Assembly (NCBI GenBank): GCA_964036045.1 | Contig: OZ038378.1 | Coordinates: 12,586,001 to 12,650,000, forward strand | DNA: 64,000 nt | Direction: 5' to 3' | Source: Eutreptiella sp. 'Long Island Sound 2002' | Lineage: Eukaryota > Protista > Euglenida | Shown here: positions 62,491 to 64,000 of the stretch, in pieces | Numbering within the stretch: the first letter of the stretch is position 1 | Layout: each line of letters starts with the position of its first letter | Program-made: the position numbers and the translations under genes | Notes under the pieces: model-generated | Databases searched by the model: none | Seen by the model: the letters and a program-made list of their open reading frames with translations, nothing else | Told to the model about the DNA's origin: nothing

Positions 62491-63555
62491 AGAATAATGT
62501 CATGCAAGGAGAGGCGTACGCTGAGTGGCAATTGGGCACAAACCACAAAAGATATTGAAGCCTTCGTAAAGAGTACAGCATATAACCACGACGAGAACTC
62601 GGTTGATGAACTTTACGATAAATTTGAAAGCTTTATTACAGGGCTTGGTCGGGAAATTACTGGGTGGCGCAGTCGTAATGTGATCAAATGCTTAGCCTTG
62701 GCTAGGGGCATAGATGCCGATTGTGTGAAGGAGCGCATTCGCCCCATACTGTATAAGCGTCGCATGCAGCTGGACGGTCAACTGCACATCCGGGACATAG
62801 TTAGATATGTCAGTGGTCGGAGGACACTGTCCGGACAGGCCCAAATGGATACGGATACAGCAAAATGTGTAATGAGGGTCCTGCAGACATTATCGACCCA
62901 AACATTCCAGACATCACAAATTGCAGCATTTGCCTGCTTCGCTTTATTTGTGCAACGTCAGCACCAGCAAACAATTTATCAATGGCTTGAAAAGTGTATT
63001 GATCGTGTGGAGGTGGAGCGAGCTTCAATGTGGCGTGGTAGTGGCAATGATTCCAAACTATTAGTGTCTCTCCTTGACACACTCCAACGACAACCAGCCT
63101 TTGACAAAAGTGGCCAGTATGCCAGCCACCTTCATGCAGTGTCATATGAATTCATGTCCGAATATAGCAGTCTGTGGCGGTACCCCAAAGGTCTTGCCAT
63201 AGCGTTGCAAAAATATTGCAAAACAAAAAATGAGCGGTTGTATGTGTTGAATATGGCAGAGAGCCTGACAATTGGGCGAGCACATGAACATTCCGATCGC
63301 CTTCTGCAGCGCATTCGACGGAGTGTTGCCATCCCGCTGTCCCAGCTGCTGTACCATCTCCAGCAGTCTTGTATGAGTATCACTGAATCATTGCCAATAA
63401 CAGTCGAGTATGATCAGGTCACTGAGCTGATTGCCACCATCACTGCCAGGGCATACAAAGTCTGCCGTATCCGTTGTACTGTTCTACAGGCAAGGCCAGG
63501 GTGCTTACTGGACCGCTGGCTTGGGTTTTTTAGTAGCGGTATTGGTATCACATGA
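62473..63555 (+). pseudogene. N-terminal part of a type B recombinase lacking the catalytic domain
   Basis: FDKSGQYASHLHAV...SLWRYP...AHEH matches FDPHAYFQSHLCQV...LLWRFP...AHER in ORF 760. Confidence 0.6.
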
Positions 63556-63993
63556 TTTTACAGTGAATGCCACTGCGGTCGTATCGAACTCAAACTTGAG
63601 ATACCCGAGCAAATCGAGACGTAGTAAAAGTCCAATGAAATCGAGACTGCGTAGCTTTTCTTGCAAAATTGGATGCTGCATGTAAACTTTGTCGCGGAAC
63701 ACCCGAATATTCAACGCATGATCAGACAGTGTGCACAAAATAGCATTGATAACACATGCCATTTCATCAATGACACCACAATTTTCGTATTCATATGGCG
63801 AGTGTATCATTGGTGAGTAATAGGTGCCGACGTGCCGCTTCCTTGATATCCCTTTTACGCTTTTTTCTTTCGCTCTCTGTGTGTGGCTTATGCACACCTT
63901 GCCAGTCACCATTTGAAAAAGCCCATGGGTCTGACAAAAGAATTGCAATAGAGTGCCATGTGTTCTTGCTGGTGCTTCTTGATTCTTGGTCAC
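63505..63993 (-). CDS. hypothetical protein (may start outside the window)
   Basis: 162-aa ORF at the window edge. Confidence 0.35.
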   Translation of the reverse strand: MTKNQEAPARTHGTLLQFFCQTHGLFQMVTGKVCISHTQRAKEKSVKGISRKRHVGTYYSPMIHSPYEYENCGVIDEMACVINAILCTLSDHALNIRVFRDKVYMQHPILQEKLRSLDFIGLLLRLDLLGYLKFEFDTTAVAFTVKSCDTNTATKKPKPAVQ

Positions 63994-64000
63994 TCAAAAA

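Overview
This 64-kb window is gene-dense, intron-less DNA of a nucleocytovirus (giant virus). Its major capsid protein is iridovirus/Pimascovirales-like. It also encodes a split and highly divergent RPB1, RPB11, TFIIS, a TBP-like factor, an A32 packaging ATPase, an ERCC4 nuclease, an SF1 helicase, a DUF2738-like SSB and a penton-like protein. It is probably endogenised in a eukaryote: a recent 11.4-kb Ty3/Gypsy chromovirus has inserted into a viral gene, and several viral genes carry frameshifts. Main discovery: three viral genes are interrupted by DNA segments bounded by 10-12-bp direct repeats (1.7, 8.2 and 11.8 kb), and removing each segment restores the gene in frame. The two larger segments each encode a pair of large tyrosine recombinases (one type A, one type B). 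The 11.8-kb element splits A32 and has perfect 23-bp terminal inverted repeats, so its predicted excised junction is a loxP-like site (23-bp arm, 8-bp spacer, 23-bp arm). Seven recombinase genes are present (six full length, one truncated). The Gypsy element is also unusual: a Dam-like adenine methyltransferase domain inside Pol, a UGA-CGG gag-pol readthrough junction, AG...CT termini and a tRNA-Pro-like segment in the LTR. All family assignments come from motifs recognised by eye; no database search was run.
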